A DNA stretch of 64,000 nucleotides, from positions 1,839,874 through 1,903,873 of the forward strand of contig BDGG01000009.1 in NCBI GenBank assembly GCA_001949185.1, read 5' to 3'. Shown here in pieces: positions 34,701-48,600 of this stretch. Under the pieces are notes generated by a model, which did no database searches, had not been told where the DNA came from, and saw only the letters and a list, made by a program, of their open reading frames with translations. Source of the stretch: Ramazzottius varieornatus. Its lineage: Eukaryota > Animalia > Tardigrada. The position numbers and the translations under genes are program-made. Within the stretch, counting starts at the first letter, position 1, and every line of letters starts with the position of its first letter.

Positions 34701-36912
34701 CATCTTCGTTCTGGTACTGACGAAAAACAACCCCTTCTTTCCTTCGCAGGTAGCTTTCGACGTCTTCTCCGTTTGTGTTCTTGTTGACCGTATTTCTGAT
34801 GGTCATGGCCTGCCGCATATCTTTCGGCCCATAATATGGGTTCACCCAGCGGTCGATTTCTGGTATGGTTGACGCAACTCGGAGAACGATGTCTCTAGGG
34901 CTCATGGGCTTGCCGCGTGCAACAGGTGACGCTAGCTGTAATAGCGCGGTTGGTGTAAGTTGTCCCAGGCGGGAATGGTGCGATCTTGCTTTCGTCGGAC
35001 CACACATACTGGATCACGAAGAAATTCTCGACTGGCTTGCTGCAGCCCTCTGACGCCACAATTGCAAGAAGACGTCGCTTGAAGCCATTGGGCTTCCCAT
35101 TAGGTCGACTGTACCAGTCCTTCTTCCTGAATAAGAACGGCGTCCGCTCGTCATCAAGCTTGCTACCACTACCAAACCGTTCATTCGATTCTCTCCAGCT
35201 GCCGTTCCCATCGTCAAGAATTAGTCCGTAGTTCCGTTCTCTTTGTTCGGGCCGGAAGGAAACGGCAAACCACGCTTGACCTTGGAAGCGCTTGGGTATT
35301 CTCTTATATTTGTACGCATCAAGGACTTCTGGGTTACATAGCCAGGCGTGAACCGACGCATCGCTTTCCACCGTTTGGAAACAACGATAAAGGTTATCTC
35401 TGCAAAAAAAATTTGATGTGAGTTAGATCTCACTACGTTGACAACTCTGCCGGCGTGCACACCAGTATCTTCATCGGCTCATACAACGGCATCTTCACCG
35501 GCTTTCACAGTAACAACTCTGCCGGCATGTATTGAAAAGAAGCAGCTTAACTTACATCTCATAGCATGGTCCCAGAGCGCTGTCCGCCACCGGAGCTCCT
35601 AAGGCAAGTCCAGCAAATGTAACCACTGGCTGAGACAATCGTTTTGGCTCATGGTTTGATACAGAAAACGACGTCTCCCTGCAACAAGGCAGGTGATCCA
35701 GTTGACGCTGGAATCATTTGTACGCTGCTGATAATCCCGGCTACTTACGGGGTAATGCACATGTGCACTGGCTCAGTAGTGTTGCTCCGCGTGGAGACGC
35801 CGGTGATGGCTGGTGCGTCATCGTCGTCGTCGTCGTCACTTTCCAACACATACACAACCGACCTGTCAGCATTCTTAACCGAAGAGTCCCCAAAGTTTGC
35901 AAAGTCTCTGAAATAACCAATCGATATATTGGTCGCAATAAATCTTGCATTGGTGTACTACATAGTGCAAACAAACCACACAAACGCCGTACATATCGAC
36001 ATCTCAACCGGCGAGTGCAGGTGCAACGCAACCGGCGAGTACGGCATGTACACGGATTTTGCCGGCGTCAGGAGTAACATCGCTGCCGGCGTGTGGACTG
36101 CCGTCTCCACCGGCGCGTACAATGACAACTGAAACGATATGATACTGACTTCGCCGGCTTGAGCCGTGGCATCTCCTGCCGGCGTGTAAAATGATAACTT
36201 CGACGGCTTATACGAAGACAACTCCGCCGGAGTGAACATTTGCAACTCCAATGGTTTATAAGTGTTCTTGAAATACGTTGACAAGTCTGAAAACGCACTT
36301 CCCAACTCTAGAAGAAGTGCTCGGAATATTGGGATCGTCGTCGAGGATGTCGAAGTTCATGGTCAGTTCGTTCGAGTCGTCTTGGTTGTCCCATTCCGCG
36401 TCGAAAGCGGGTGTAGAACGATCGGGGAGGATACCTTGACTGATGTTCTCAGTTTTCAAGCGTTTGACACCCCCCCCCCTACAGCCACTGCTGTTGGGCG
36501 AACCAGATGGGAAGATACCATCGAACACTATCTCGTTTTCGTCATCCTCATCCAAAATATACGATGAGTTTTCCATGGCGAGGTGGCAGCGAAAGTCAAA
36601 ACAGATCCAGGAAGGAAAAGACGAGGAAGGCGGAAACAAGTGAAAACTGTTTTCTTGCGTTGCAAACTCAAGCAACTGGCTTGGTCGGGGCCGCTATTTC
36701 TGGCTACGGCGTTTCCGTATGCTGAGCGTACGTCGTTGTGAGGGGTACGAGTTACGGTGCGGTATTACGATTGGTTTTCCAAATTGTGGTGTAGTACGGT
36801 TACGAGTTTAGTGGTTGTCTGGATACGCTAAAGGTTACACTGAAAACATAATTCTCAAACCCCCGAAGACATTTTGACGGTAAAGTGCTGCGAAGGCAAA
36901 GCATAGCAAGCC
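31771..36912 (-). mobile_element. Mutator-like (MULE) DNA transposon, 5.1 kb
   Basis: ~60-bp TIRs GGCTTGCTATGCTTTGCCTTCGCAGC(T/A)CTTTACCGTC. Perfect 9-bp TSD CGTCCATCG at 31762-31770 and 36913-36921. Internal transposase. Confidence 0.93.
32216..36576 (-). pseudogene. Frameshifted MULE transposase with SWIM zinc finger
   Basis: FITDGERALYNAF..FP..HTLCVLH (MULE D..CxxH), GLVDSVSEEQY and SWIM CGC..ACKHIIAV lie in different frames. Frameshifts near 33870-33950 and in the T6 run at about 32852. Ends approximate. Confidence 0.8.
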
Positions 36913-37245
36913 CGTCCATCGCTGTTTTTGAACCGTTTTTGTGCTAAAGGAAGATCTACGTAAGTGACATAGTTATATGTTCTCCAACTTTCCTACATTC
37001 CGTCATCACCATCATTGTGAACTGTGGAGCACAACTGTCGGATACGGTAGAACTTGCATCCACCACATGCATCACCCCACACACGAACCCAGAGAGGATA
37101 ATCTGCAGGTGGATCCGTGAGCGATAAGACCTGTCTCTTTGTTGTTGCAGGCCCACCGTCGACGTATACACTTCCATGTGCTTTGCCATTTTTGTGTAGG
37201 TTCTGTAAAGTTAAGGCCACACGGCTGAACGGAGAATAGGTCCGC

Positions 37246-39313
37246 ATGGCTGCGAGACTGAATGCTTGGGACGAGTCGGCGACTTCCGGTGGTCCAGGCG
37301 GTGGCGCCTCTTTGGCATTCGACAGCACATCCGACACGGGTTTCCCCAGTCTTTCGTCCCGCAAAGTTGATGGCCATCTGCAGCAGCATGCTGCTGTTCC
37401 ATCGGCGAAGACTGAAGCAAAACCACTGAGCTATCGGGACGTGGCCAACAGCATGCCCTCGCCAGCTGTACGGCAGATGAGTGATCCGAAGGATGTCGCA
37501 GTGGCCAAAGATTTCCCCTTCTTGTCGCATACTCTAACTCGGCAGTACCTCAAGCAGCCAGGTTCGAAGCTGATGCTGGTCCTGCGAGGTGTTTCTGGCA
37601 GCGGCAAGTCTACTTTGGTCCATCAGATCAAGACCCTACGCAACGTCGGCATTCACGTCGAGGTTGCTTCCGCTGATTACTTCTTCGAGCAGAATGGCAC
37701 CTATAAGTTCGACAAGGAGCGCTTGGCAGAGGCCCATGAATTTTCGAAAAGAGAGGCTGAAAAGTTTTGTGCGGACCCTGAGGCGCATATTGTAGGTCAC
37801 AGTCACGGCCGGTCCAAAACCAGGCAAAATTTCCAGGTGGCTGTACTAACTTTTTCTCGATATCTATAGTTGTCTCAATTGTTGCAGGTGGTGATTGACA
37901 ACACGAACATCAAGTACTGGGAGTTTCAGCCTTACCTGCGCATGGCCCATCGCTATCAGCTGGCAACTCTGCTAGGTCAGTTCTCCCCATCGAAGCTTGG
38001 CGCGAGGTTGCCTTGTGTTTTGCCGCTTGCTTGTGAGCTAGTCGTGCATAAACCTTGACCAAATCATCACCGGAAGCAATTTCATTGTGGCTTTGGGCCT
38101 TTTTAGTTGAGCCAAGAACAGCGTGGCGCTACGATGCGGACGAGCTGGCCAGACGGACCACTCACGGCGTGGAGCGCGACGTCCTCGTGGAGAAAGTGAG
38201 AGTGCTGCGTGGTAGTTTCGTCTTTCCCGCCTACTATGGATGGATCTTGTCTGCAAGAGACTCGGGTTTGCTGCGTCAGCTCGCAGCCAAGTACGCTATA
38301 GCCATGTTGCAGATCGACGATCTGCATCAGGTGGTTGACTTTGACCACGACCTCCTGGTCAACAACTTAATTCGTCGGTCCATCCATGACTTGCTACACT
38401 TAGGCCAGGGCGAAGACCTCTTCCACCTGACTGCCTTCTACACGGCTTTCGGCAAGAAACTCGGTGGGTGAAGCCATCAATAATAGTCAGAAGAACTTGA
38501 ACAAACCATGCAAGATCAAACTTCCATGAAACATTGTCTTTTAAGATTGTATTTTTCAGGGGTTCCCGAGTACGAAAGGTCAGATATCGTACAAGAAAAC
38601 CTGGGCAAATGTCATTTGCTCAAAATTTTAGGCTTACTCATCACGAAGCAGACCATATCTTTCCGAGTTGAGCTTAGCGCCGAGCAACTTCAACTGTGGA
38701 ACCAGGAAGAGACTTCTCACCCTACTGTCGCTCGTGGTTCTCGTGCTCATATCACGGTTGCAACTGCTAAAGGAATAGCAGCTAAGGTCGCTGGCCACGA
38801 CATGCTCGATTTGCGTAAGTGGCAAAACAGACTGCTCAAAGACGACGTCGCCAAAGGACTTCACCCAAATCGATATCCCAAGTGGCGCACATCTTCATTG
38901 CTTTGGGCCGGGAGGTTGCGCTACTTGGCATGCCGATCTAGAAGAAACCATTTGCTGGCGTCCCAATCAGTCTTGCGGTTCCTGGATGGAACTGTAGAGT
39001 ATGCAAAACAGGTTTTTTAGATGAACAGGAGCTGCACGGACGACCGGAACACGAGACGGCCATCTCTGCGGGTCGCGTTTTCAGATACGGTCCAGACTTC
39101 TGGTACCTCGAGCTGGAAAAGTCCAACCTCATTCCTTCCTTGTTCGCGCCTTTCTACACGCGAGGAGGGCATCCAGACAATCATGGCTCACCCGCAGCGC
39201 AGACGACAGACTACAGGTTGGAAGAAAGACCAGAACTGTCGTCTGATCAAGAAAGGGTGAAACCGGTATCCACCGAGAGCAAGTCAGAAGCCGGTCAACA
39301 AGACCAAGTATGA
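37246..39313 (+). CDS. CNP: 2',3'-cyclic-nucleotide 3'-phosphodiesterase (P-loop/PNK-like domain plus 2H phosphoesterase)
   Basis: DFPFL, LRGVSGSGKST, SADYF, VIDNTN, VEPRTAWRYD and PAYYGW. Two HxT motifs (FHLTAF, RGSRAHITV). WYLEL..LFAPFY near the end; stop TGA 39311-39313. Confidence 0.88.
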
Positions 39314-40140
39314 GTACTCGCGCCAAGGAAAGAATACTCTTTTGTTGCTGCGGACCAGTGCCGCTTTCGCATTATCGAATGTACGATAGGCTAGTTGTTC
39401 GTTGGCTGTGCCTTCCTTCTTCACCGTGATTACGTTCAGGCTCAGCATTTTGTACAAAGTCTTCAATTACGACTGATGAAAGTGAGATTGCAGTCAGGCT
39501 GTACTGAGCACGTCGTAGTCGTAGTCAGTCTGAATTGGGTAGCTTCTTAAGCGTCGTAACACTGAGCGCGGTCCCAGACGTCACAGCGATATCCTTGAGG
39601 GAATCTGCTTCCACAGTACTGACGCACGGCGCACGCTCGAGCCACGCGGATAAAACCGCCAAAACCTCTCCTTGGAAGGGATGAAGTCGGTGACCAAGTC
39701 CGGCTGCGCGGGCACGCCTTTCCTCTTCCCGTGAACAATGCTAACGTCCATCCGATTTTCGACGATAATGGCATTTCGTGAACAGTCAGGAAGACAACCA
39801 AGCGCCACACTGATTTCAAAGGCCAAATCTTGATGACGTTTATCACGCCGATGCGGCACAACAAAGGACCTGAAAGGTAAGTCATTTATCCAGTTATCAA
39901 AACTTTACAGCACAGAAAGTACTGCCATGGATTTTTTTTTTAAAGCGTAAAGATTGATCTACGGTTATCGAGCCAACACTGAGTAAAACGAGAACATGGA
40001 CTATGATTATGATCTCAACCGAGTACGCGAGAAAATGAATCTGAAAGCCCAAACTTGGCGAAGCAACCTGTTCATCGAGCGGCATCATTGTCGGCCTGAA
40101 GACAATTTTTGGCCTTATGTCCGAGCTTGGAAAGAAAAGC

Positions 40141-41729
40141 TTAAAGTGCCGCGCCCATTACAACATCGTGCCCCGGCGGAAGTGGAGCGATCTGCACAGG
40201 GCGATCCCTCAAGCCATTCTGTTCCACACTGCGTTTGATCAGATCCAGCAGGTAGCTCTTCCAGAAGTACAAAATGAAGGAGCCCAGGACAATGCAGTAG
40301 GCTATCATGTACAAGGCGTCGCTGTGCTTCCGCAACCGGAAGTGGCTGACGATGCCGCTGTCCAAGTCCGTCAAGTTCAACCTTTCCGGAATGTACTTGA
40401 CATCTAAACCATCGACAAAAAAGTCACTTAGCTGTCCTTACATATCGACACGGAAAATGATGTGCATGGAGCTCGTACCGGTATAAGCCATGATGAAAGC
40501 GCGAATAGTGTCACGAGCATCCGGATAAGGAATCGTCCATCCAGTTATGAACTTCTTCTCATGGAAAAGCACAACCACTGGCACGCCCATTATTCCGTAA
40601 TGTCCCGCCACCCTGAAAAAACCCGAAAGAGAGTCAGGCTTTGCACGACTGGGAGCCCGGCAAACAGAGCTTTGACAGTGCTCTCAAATGAGGATTGAGC
40701 CATAAATGGATTTCTATAAATTACCCCGGAGATTTGTCAGTGTTGACGGCCACGAAACGGAGAATGGGGAAGTACACTGCTGCCGCCTGCATGAAGGGGG
40801 CAGCTCGTCGGCTATAAGGACACGATGGAGAAAAGAAAAAGACGACCGTGCAGGTCTTCGTTTCGGTCGTGTTGGCCAGCTGGCTCTGCAAGGTACTGCC
40901 ATCGATGACCGTCAACTGCGGTTCGCCACTATGCTCGTAGGGCATGCAGGAAACCGAGGTCTTGTTCGATCGATACAGGTACAGGATAGTCCGCTGTTCC
41001 CACCCTACAAATTGTCACAGATGGGAAATTAAAGGAGAATAGAAGAAAATCTTCTTGCCAAGTGGCGCACGCTTCTATTGTTATTGGCTTGAAACGTGCG
41101 CCACGCGGGGAAACGATCTGGTCAAGCTTGTTTGCGGAGCTCCCAGAAAAATACGCAGTTTCTATTTTCCTCGTACAAGAGTTTTACCGGCAGAGAAGTC
41201 TAGGTCAGTCTGGTTTTCTGCGAAGGCCGACAGCGGGCATGTTTGATAGGAACGAAGTCCGACTATCTTGAGAAAGCGGTCAACGCTCGAGAGGCCCAAG
41301 TTCTTTCTTGGGAAGAACGATCGAGCCCATTCCATGAAGTGATGTCCGCCATCATCTGCTTCTTGCTCTTTGGCTCCCTTGGCCAACTTCAGTATCCAGC
41401 CTTGATACTGCAGGGTTTCGTTGAGACTGGAGTTCAGGTTGTGTCTTGTTAACTGCACCACATCGTCCGGAACGAAGAATGTGGCATCCTCATCGTCCGC
41501 GCTTTTGATCAGCGATTCGTTCCTCGGCGAACGATGCAGTAGATCTCTGCTTCCTTCGACAAAGTCTTCCAACTTGTGAAGATGGTCTCGTTGTCCGAGA
41601 AGGAAGCCTACAAGCAAAATACCATTTTAGGCCGCGGAATGATTTCGGGGACACCAATCTCCGCTAGCTCGGAATGTTGTACTTACTAGCTTGTATCAGC
41701 ACCGTCAGCGAAAGTATCATCCAGTCCAT
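40141..41729 (-). CDS. TXNDC15: Thioredoxin domain-containing protein 15-like (signal peptide, Trx fold, C-terminal TM)
   Basis: MDWMILSLTVLIQA signal peptide. CTVVFFFSPSCPYS..AAP..YFPILRFVAVN, GIMGVPVVVLFH, C-terminal hydrophobic helix. Confidence 0.75.
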
Positions 41730-42277
41730 AGTACGCCACTGGATAACCACATGTCCAAAACGAACTCATACATGGAAGGTACCAAACTGGGAGTGGGGAT
41801 TTCAGAGAACTTCTGCGAAGTGCGAAGTGCGAACTGCGAACTCACTGAGTGTTATTTTAATCATTATAATGGGAAATCGATTTTGATAATTAAAATCGTT
41901 TTAATTGTGCGGGTTGGTTCTCGCTTGATTGATTGATCCACACAAAAAATTTTAATTTTTATTTTAATGATTGAAATTCGTCAGCGATAATTGATTTTAC
42001 TCACAGTCAGCTGATCACGTACACTTAACATTAGCACGTGACTGTTAATAATTTTAATTGCATAGTAAAAAAACAATCAGATTTTTGATATTCGGCTGGG
42101 TGAATCATTCGTCCATCGCAGTTCCCATCCCAAGTTGTGTTCCTACCGTGGAGTATGAGATTGACATGGGCTGTGCCACCTGAGCTTTGAAGGACTGACT
42201 TAGGACTGAATTTGGACTGACTATCAAGTGATTCGGCTGTAACTGATCGGGAGCATCGATACCACCAGGACAGCAGT

Positions 42278-43158
42278 ATGCTTCCTTTCACCTTACGACG
42301 TAAGTTTGCTGTTTCTGTTTCGTTCGTCAGTCTCGACCGCACGACTATAACCTCCTACAGCACTGATGCTTCACCTTGATAGAGCTCGCACATAGAGGAG
42401 CAACGCAGGGATGGCGCTGCATACGGCACGACTCCGGACGAATGATATTACCAAATACCATTCGTCCAGTTATCGTCGCTCACAGGAGCGCGGCTGGAGG
42501 TAAGTACGACTCCTGGCATTCTCGTCACTTTCAAGTATCCTGATCTGCCTTGGCTTGTGATTGTCGCAGGTCCACTTACAGCAACGCAGTCGTCCCCCAC
42601 CAGCCACGGCAGTCAGGTGCACCATGACCACGTTAATCACTGGAAGATGGACAGACTCGTCGACATTTCCCTCCTACCTATTGTGCCCTGGGCCTTCTTG
42701 ACAGACAGTGTCTTAGCAAACTACTTGCTGATCTTGACCGTTGGAGCACATACGCATTGGTAAGAAAGCTATCGTCATGGCTGCCTGACAGTTACTGTAT
42801 GGGAGCTCGGCATACAAGCTCGACAAGATTGTTATCCCAAGCGGCGCACGTTGCCAGTGATATCAGCTGGAAGCCTACGCCACTCGGTTGAACAATCCAG
42901 TCACATTTGTTGGCCGAGCTTTCACATACTGCGCTTTGGAAGGGAGCGGAGCTTATCAAGATGGTGATGTGATGTTTTAGGGGTATGGAGTCGGTGGTGG
43001 TGGATTACATGCGTCCTCGTGTGGTGGGAAAGTTTGGATACTACGCGTCGTTGGCGACTATGTACGTCCTCTCGTTTGCTACCTTCGCCGGTCTCTTATA
43101 TTTGAACTACTCGCAAATGCCACCGACCAAGGCCATCAAGAAGCTGTGGTCCCTTTAA
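42278..43158 (+). CDS. SDHD: Succinate dehydrogenase cytochrome b small subunit
   Basis: HWKMDRLVDISLLP, HTHWGMESVVVDYMRP, GLLYLNY, KAIKKLWSL*. Four exons with an N-terminal presequence. Confidence 0.93.
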
Positions 43159-43447
43159 GTTTCAACTGAGGGGTTATTTTATTGTGGGAAATTTAACACT
43201 TAGAAGCCACACGATGCGCTGGGCGAGTACCGTACACAGATTTTATTGCTGGTCAGAGTTTTGAGCATATCCTTCATGGCGGCATACTAGCAAGTATCAA
43301 TGTATCGTAAGTGTTGTTTCAATCCGAACACTTTACAGTTTACGGTCGCATGGCTCGCTGTTTAGCAGGTATTTAGACGAAGCACAGTGACAGCATGTTC
43401 TGTCGACTGAATGCTCTGTTGTATCGCGTTGTTGCTGGACTGAATCC

Positions 43448-44894
43448 TTATTCGACGAGGTTGGCGTAGATAGGCGGAAACGGGAGCTCTTTAGTGGGTT
43501 GCAGCCTGTAGAAAGGAACAAGTGGTTGTTGGCTTGACCAACACAGATTATGACGCAATTAGGAAGGCATAATGGAAAAGGAGAGGGAACGCCAGGAGCC
43601 GCAAGGATTTTCTTACCAGTTTTCCGGGCTGTATACGGCATTAGAAAAGTCCACTAGGTGGAAGGTATAGGCGTGGCGCGACTTGGCAGAGCTGTTCTTT
43701 TCGCTGCGGTGGATAACGTTGCCGTGGATGAGGACGAGTGATCCCTTGGTGACGGGAGCGGCCTTGAAATCACTCATCGGAACATTGAGCTCTTCTCCCC
43801 TCATGACGGTCGGATTGCCACCGACGGGGTCCGAATTTCGTACGAAGCGGTTTATTGGCTGGCCTTCAACAAAACAGAGGTCTGTGCTCTGTGCTCTGTG
43901 CAGCGTCGTAAAGTTCGCCATATAGGGGAGGCCAACCAACGAAACTTACAAGGCTGCTGTGTTAAGTGGCGCACACTCCTGGCGAATAACAATGGAAATG
44001 TGCGTTACTTGAGATATCGATCTGCTGCCTTACGTTTTTCGACCTCCCGTATACATAGACACTTACGATTCTGAGATCCCGGAACAAAGTACAGGCAGCC
44101 GTTTTCCTCGCTAGCATCCTCCAGCGCGAACCAGAACCCGAGCAAAGAGGAAGTGGGTTGGACGTAAAGAAATGTAGAGTCCTGATGGGTGTTCACTTTC
44201 TGCCCAATACCTACGGTAATATGAAAATACTGTAGTCAACGAGCAAGTCGGCAGTGGAATGTGAGCCTCCCTGTAATACCTGGGTTCTTGAAGATGTACA
44301 TGCTTTGAACCAGACGAGGGTCTTCAAGACCCAACGTACGGCAAACTTTGGCCACCTTCTGGCTAAAGGTGACCTTCTTGAAAGCCGGATCAATCCATGC
44401 GAGGGCGTGGCCTGCCAAATACCACAGTGGAAACTCATCACCATTTTCAAGTACTTATATTTGTTCTTTATAATAATTGAGCATCTTTTTCCCTGTTCAT
44501 GAACGATCTTCGATAAATTGAGCAGAGCATGATTGCCTATTTTGTTGACGGATATATCTTTTGGAACGAGCAATTTGCCCGTTTCGTCGACGGCGTCTGG
44601 CTCGAAGAAGAACCTAATTTTGTCTCCACTTGTCAGGAAATAATCGTCACGGCTTTTCGTGGCTTTCTCGCCGACGTGAAAGACGTGGGAGCTGTGCTCT
44701 TCAGGGTTCATCTCTTCCATTATCCGACCACATGCCGCTTTCAACGTCTGACACTCCTCTTCCGTCAAAAAGCTGGAAATAACAGCGTATCCGTCGCGGT
44801 TGAACTAGAAAAGATTCGCACACATTGACCAGTGACAGCTCGATCTTTTAGCAGGGGTCCTTACCGTTTCCAAGAGGCTTTTCGACGATTCCAT
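43448..44894 (-). CDS. PHYHD1: Phytanoyl-CoA dioxygenase domain-containing protein 1
   Basis: [77 protein letters not shown]. Confidence 0.94.
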
Positions 44895-45613
44895 CCTTGT
44901 TTCACAAGGCGGAATAGGTGTCTGCAAATCCAGCAAAGACTTCCCAACTATTGGTGAACGTCGACCGCTGCGAATCTTGATCGAACCGTTAGTTTCAAGA
45001 ATTCGGTGCAAATTAACCAACGAGCAGAGCCAGGCTAAAACCTGTTATATATATCGCTATAGGAAGATCTATTTGCCTATATATCTATACGGGGCGTTGC
45101 TGACCAGGAATTAAGTTAGATTTATCGTACACAGCTTCACTTTCTTTTCCTTATCGACGTTGATTGTTATCGCGTACATATCAGAGCGTAATCAGAGAAA
45201 CCCACTTCAGTCCACGTACTTTGTTCGTCAGACAAATACGTCCTTTCTCAAGGCGTGGAAGAATGTCGTTCTATTTCATTGTACACTTACTGACAAGGAT
45301 GTACCAAGTCTCCCAGTGTAAAACGGTCAAGTGAACGCTGGACATTGGGAAAGCCACCAAGACCTGACAAAGCAGACGAGTCATGCGTTCGCAGCGTCAT
45401 CTTAGCGTCTGTGACGGTAAGACACATCTGACCATACTCATCAAAAAACGACCATAAAAAAGGACTGAAAGGAACGCTTAGGACTAGTTTTGTGAAATTT
45501 GTCCAGTGTCGACAAAGATGTCGCCGTTTTGAGAAAGAAAGAGAAAAGTGGCTGGAACAGACTTGTAGCAGAGTAGCGACCATGAAGGGGTAGCGGAGCA
45601 CTGCTTCCACATT

Positions 45614-48600
45614 CTAATCGGAGTCGGTGTCTGGCGTCTTTCGTTTGGCCTCCTAATGCACAAGAGAGCCAGCTAACGTAAGACAAGTGTAGGCCCCATA
45701 CAGCAGACTTGAGCTCACTTCGTCAGCTTACCTTCTTTGAATCTTTTGCCTTTTCATCTTCGGAGGAGCTGGTATCTTCATCGGTGAGGATGAATTCAGC
45801 ACTCTTGGCCGCCTTCTGAGGGCTTCCTTTGGCCGTGGAGCTGCTCTTCCCACTCTTCGTACTCTTCTTTGCGTCATCTGCATCGTCCTTGGACTTTCGC
45901 TTCTGCTCGTAAACCTTCATCTTGGAGTCGTAGTCCTTCTTGGCTTCAGTTGCCATATCGTCATATTTCTTTTGAAAAACCGACAGGTTGTGATATTGAG
46001 TACGGGTTTCTGCAGGATGAATTTGCCCAGAAACAAGCAGCCTTCCGACATACCTTCTTGTCCTTGTCCGTCAAAGTCTTCCACAGCTCGCCGCCCTTCT
46101 TGGCGATATCGGTGACGCTGATGCCTGGGTTGTCCTTCTTAATCTGCTCGCGTCTATCATTCAGCCAGTACATGTAGGCCGACAGTGGTCGCTTGGGCAT
46201 ATCCGGATCCTTTTCCTTCTTCCCTTCCTGCACAACCAGCAAGACACACACTTCCTAATCGAAGATCATCAACAAAAGGCACCAGACAAACTCCACCACA
46301 TCGTTTCTGCCAGTGGCGCAACTTGCCGGTGCAACTGGCTGGAAGCGTGCGCCACTTGCAAGAAGGATTGGGCTGGCCTTCCGTTTGCCGAGCTTGCCCA
46401 TCACCAACGAGTCAATTGAAATTACTGACCTTTGACTTGTGGGATTTCTTCCTGGATTCTGCTCCGACCTCGTCGGCATAGTCCTTTGACTTTTTCTTCT
46501 TCTTCTTCTTCTTTTCCTTATCCTTCTTGGGTGAGTCAGGATCAGCGCCTTCCTCCTCTTCATCAGTCTCGCTGGCTTCGCTGTCAAACTCTTCGGCCAC
46601 ATCACTTTCTTCCCCTTCGGGCTTGAAGTCTTCGTCTAATCAGAGAGAAAACTATTGAAACGAACTGTCGGCAGCCTACGGCAGAGGATGGACAAGAGAG
46701 CAGATGGTGTGAAGCTGACCTTCTTCGTCTTCGTCGTCTCGGCTGTTGGCTTCGTTCTTGACTCGTTGCAGATAAGCGTCGTGCTCTGTATCCTCGTCGC
46801 TATCCACAAACTCCTCCATCTTCTGCCGTCCGCTAACTTCCTACAAAAGAAGAAACTTACTTCCAGACGCGCAGATACACATTTAGGCTAAGAAGGGGAG
46901 AATGCAACAGTATATGTACCTCTTTGTCACCGCGGTTCTTGACTTTGAGATCTTTGCCGTTGACAAAATCGAACAGCTTGTAATATTCCTCCCTGTCAAA
47001 GGCAATGTTGGTGATTATTCGACTGTCAGCCAAAAAGTGTGCTTGTCCAGCAGCATTTACTTCTGGATGCTGCTGAAGGTATGTACGAGGCCGTTCCTCG
47101 TTTCGATTTCAAAGTCGAAAGAGCGAGTGTTGCCTCCCCCTCGGGCAAAGTTGACGGCCGAGATCTCGTCAAAGCGAACGTAGATGGCAGGCTTGTGGAC
47201 GTAGATGAAACCTCTGTCCAGCGGATACAAAAGTCCAGCAGCTGAAAGAAGCACTCACATCATGTCAGGCCAACCTCAAGGGCCAACCACTTCCCTTATG
47301 GCTGAAAGACAACTCCGAAGAAACGTACGTTGTGCTTACCGGCTTTGTAGGAGCAGGCAACGCAACTGCCGCTGACACCTTTGAAAGAGCCCGGAACAGT
47401 AATCTTCCGATTGACCAAGCCCTTCATGACACGACCCAGCACTTCGTACGTCTGACCCGACAGATGCTTCTCCAGTCGACCGTCGTACTTGTCTTTCAAT
47501 TCCTTCCTACAAACAAAACAATGCCAATGAACAGCAAAAGAAACCTAAAAGATTTCCCTACGACGAGCAATCAGCTTACTCGGTGATTTCCAGTTCGACT
47601 TCAATGGGATCTTCGTCCTTCTTGAAGTTCAGTACCAGGAATGGATATCTTGTCTGGCCTTGCTTGATGGGAGGATCCAGACTCAACTGGCAAAAAGCAC
47701 ACACACATGGACACCGTCAGATTTGCATGCAGGGCCAGTGTCACGTTAACCTACCACGAAGAACATCTGCCTTCCATCGGAATGCGGAAGTATGAAGATA
47801 CGAAGGACAGAGCTGTAGGTAATCTTGTAATCGAAGGTCTTTCCGTGCAGCTGCAGGAAAGTGGGGTACACCTTCAGTTCGTAGCGACCTCTTGGCGTCA
47901 GGCACGGCACTTCGTTGAGGGACATAAGAGCATCACCAGTTGCTTGCACCATGTCGGCCTTCTCAATGACGTTTTGATGAAATGACTGCAAACAGAAACT
48001 TCTGATGGAGGGTATATTTGCCAGCTGGGCAAAATAATCTTGACAAGATTGTCTTTTCGCCAGTGGCGCACCCTTTTCAAGTATTCTTAGCTGACAGCGT
48101 GCGCAACTTGATGAAACACTCGCGTTCAGTTTCTTTGCCGAGATAAAAAAGCGTCGTAAAAAAAACTTACCTCCAGTGGATCGCCTTCGGCACCTTCTTG
48201 GGGAATGTAAAATCGCATTTCCATCAAGGCCACTGAAGCGTCTTCGTTTGGATGAAACTCCAAGACAGCTTCGTTTTTTCCGGTGGTACAGTTCTGCACA
48301 TACGACAGAGGTAGGTCGAAAGCTGTCTGTCTGTCAACCTGGAAACTCATCACGTCACCTAAAACCAATCGGACGTCAAATCCGGGCTATTCTCAACGAG
48401 AGGTCGCGCTTGGGAAGATGACTGCGCGAACTGATGTGGAAAGTACCATTGAACTTGATGCTTCCCCAGTTCCATCCTTTGATCGACTTGTCCTCTTCCT
48501 TCAGTTCTTTCTGGTAGTTCTTCTTCAGGAAACGGCTTAAACTCTCGAAATCCTACAAGAAGAATCTATGGTCAACATCGAGCGAGCAGCCCATCATAGC

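Noticed and set aside
39547-40238. Short ORFs between CNP and TXNDC15
   Set aside because: No recognisable motifs. Probably UTR or intergenic sequence.
41846-42060. AT-rich tract with ATTGA/TTAAT repeats resembling a MITE
   Set aside because: Terminal inverted repeats are weak and no TSD is visible.
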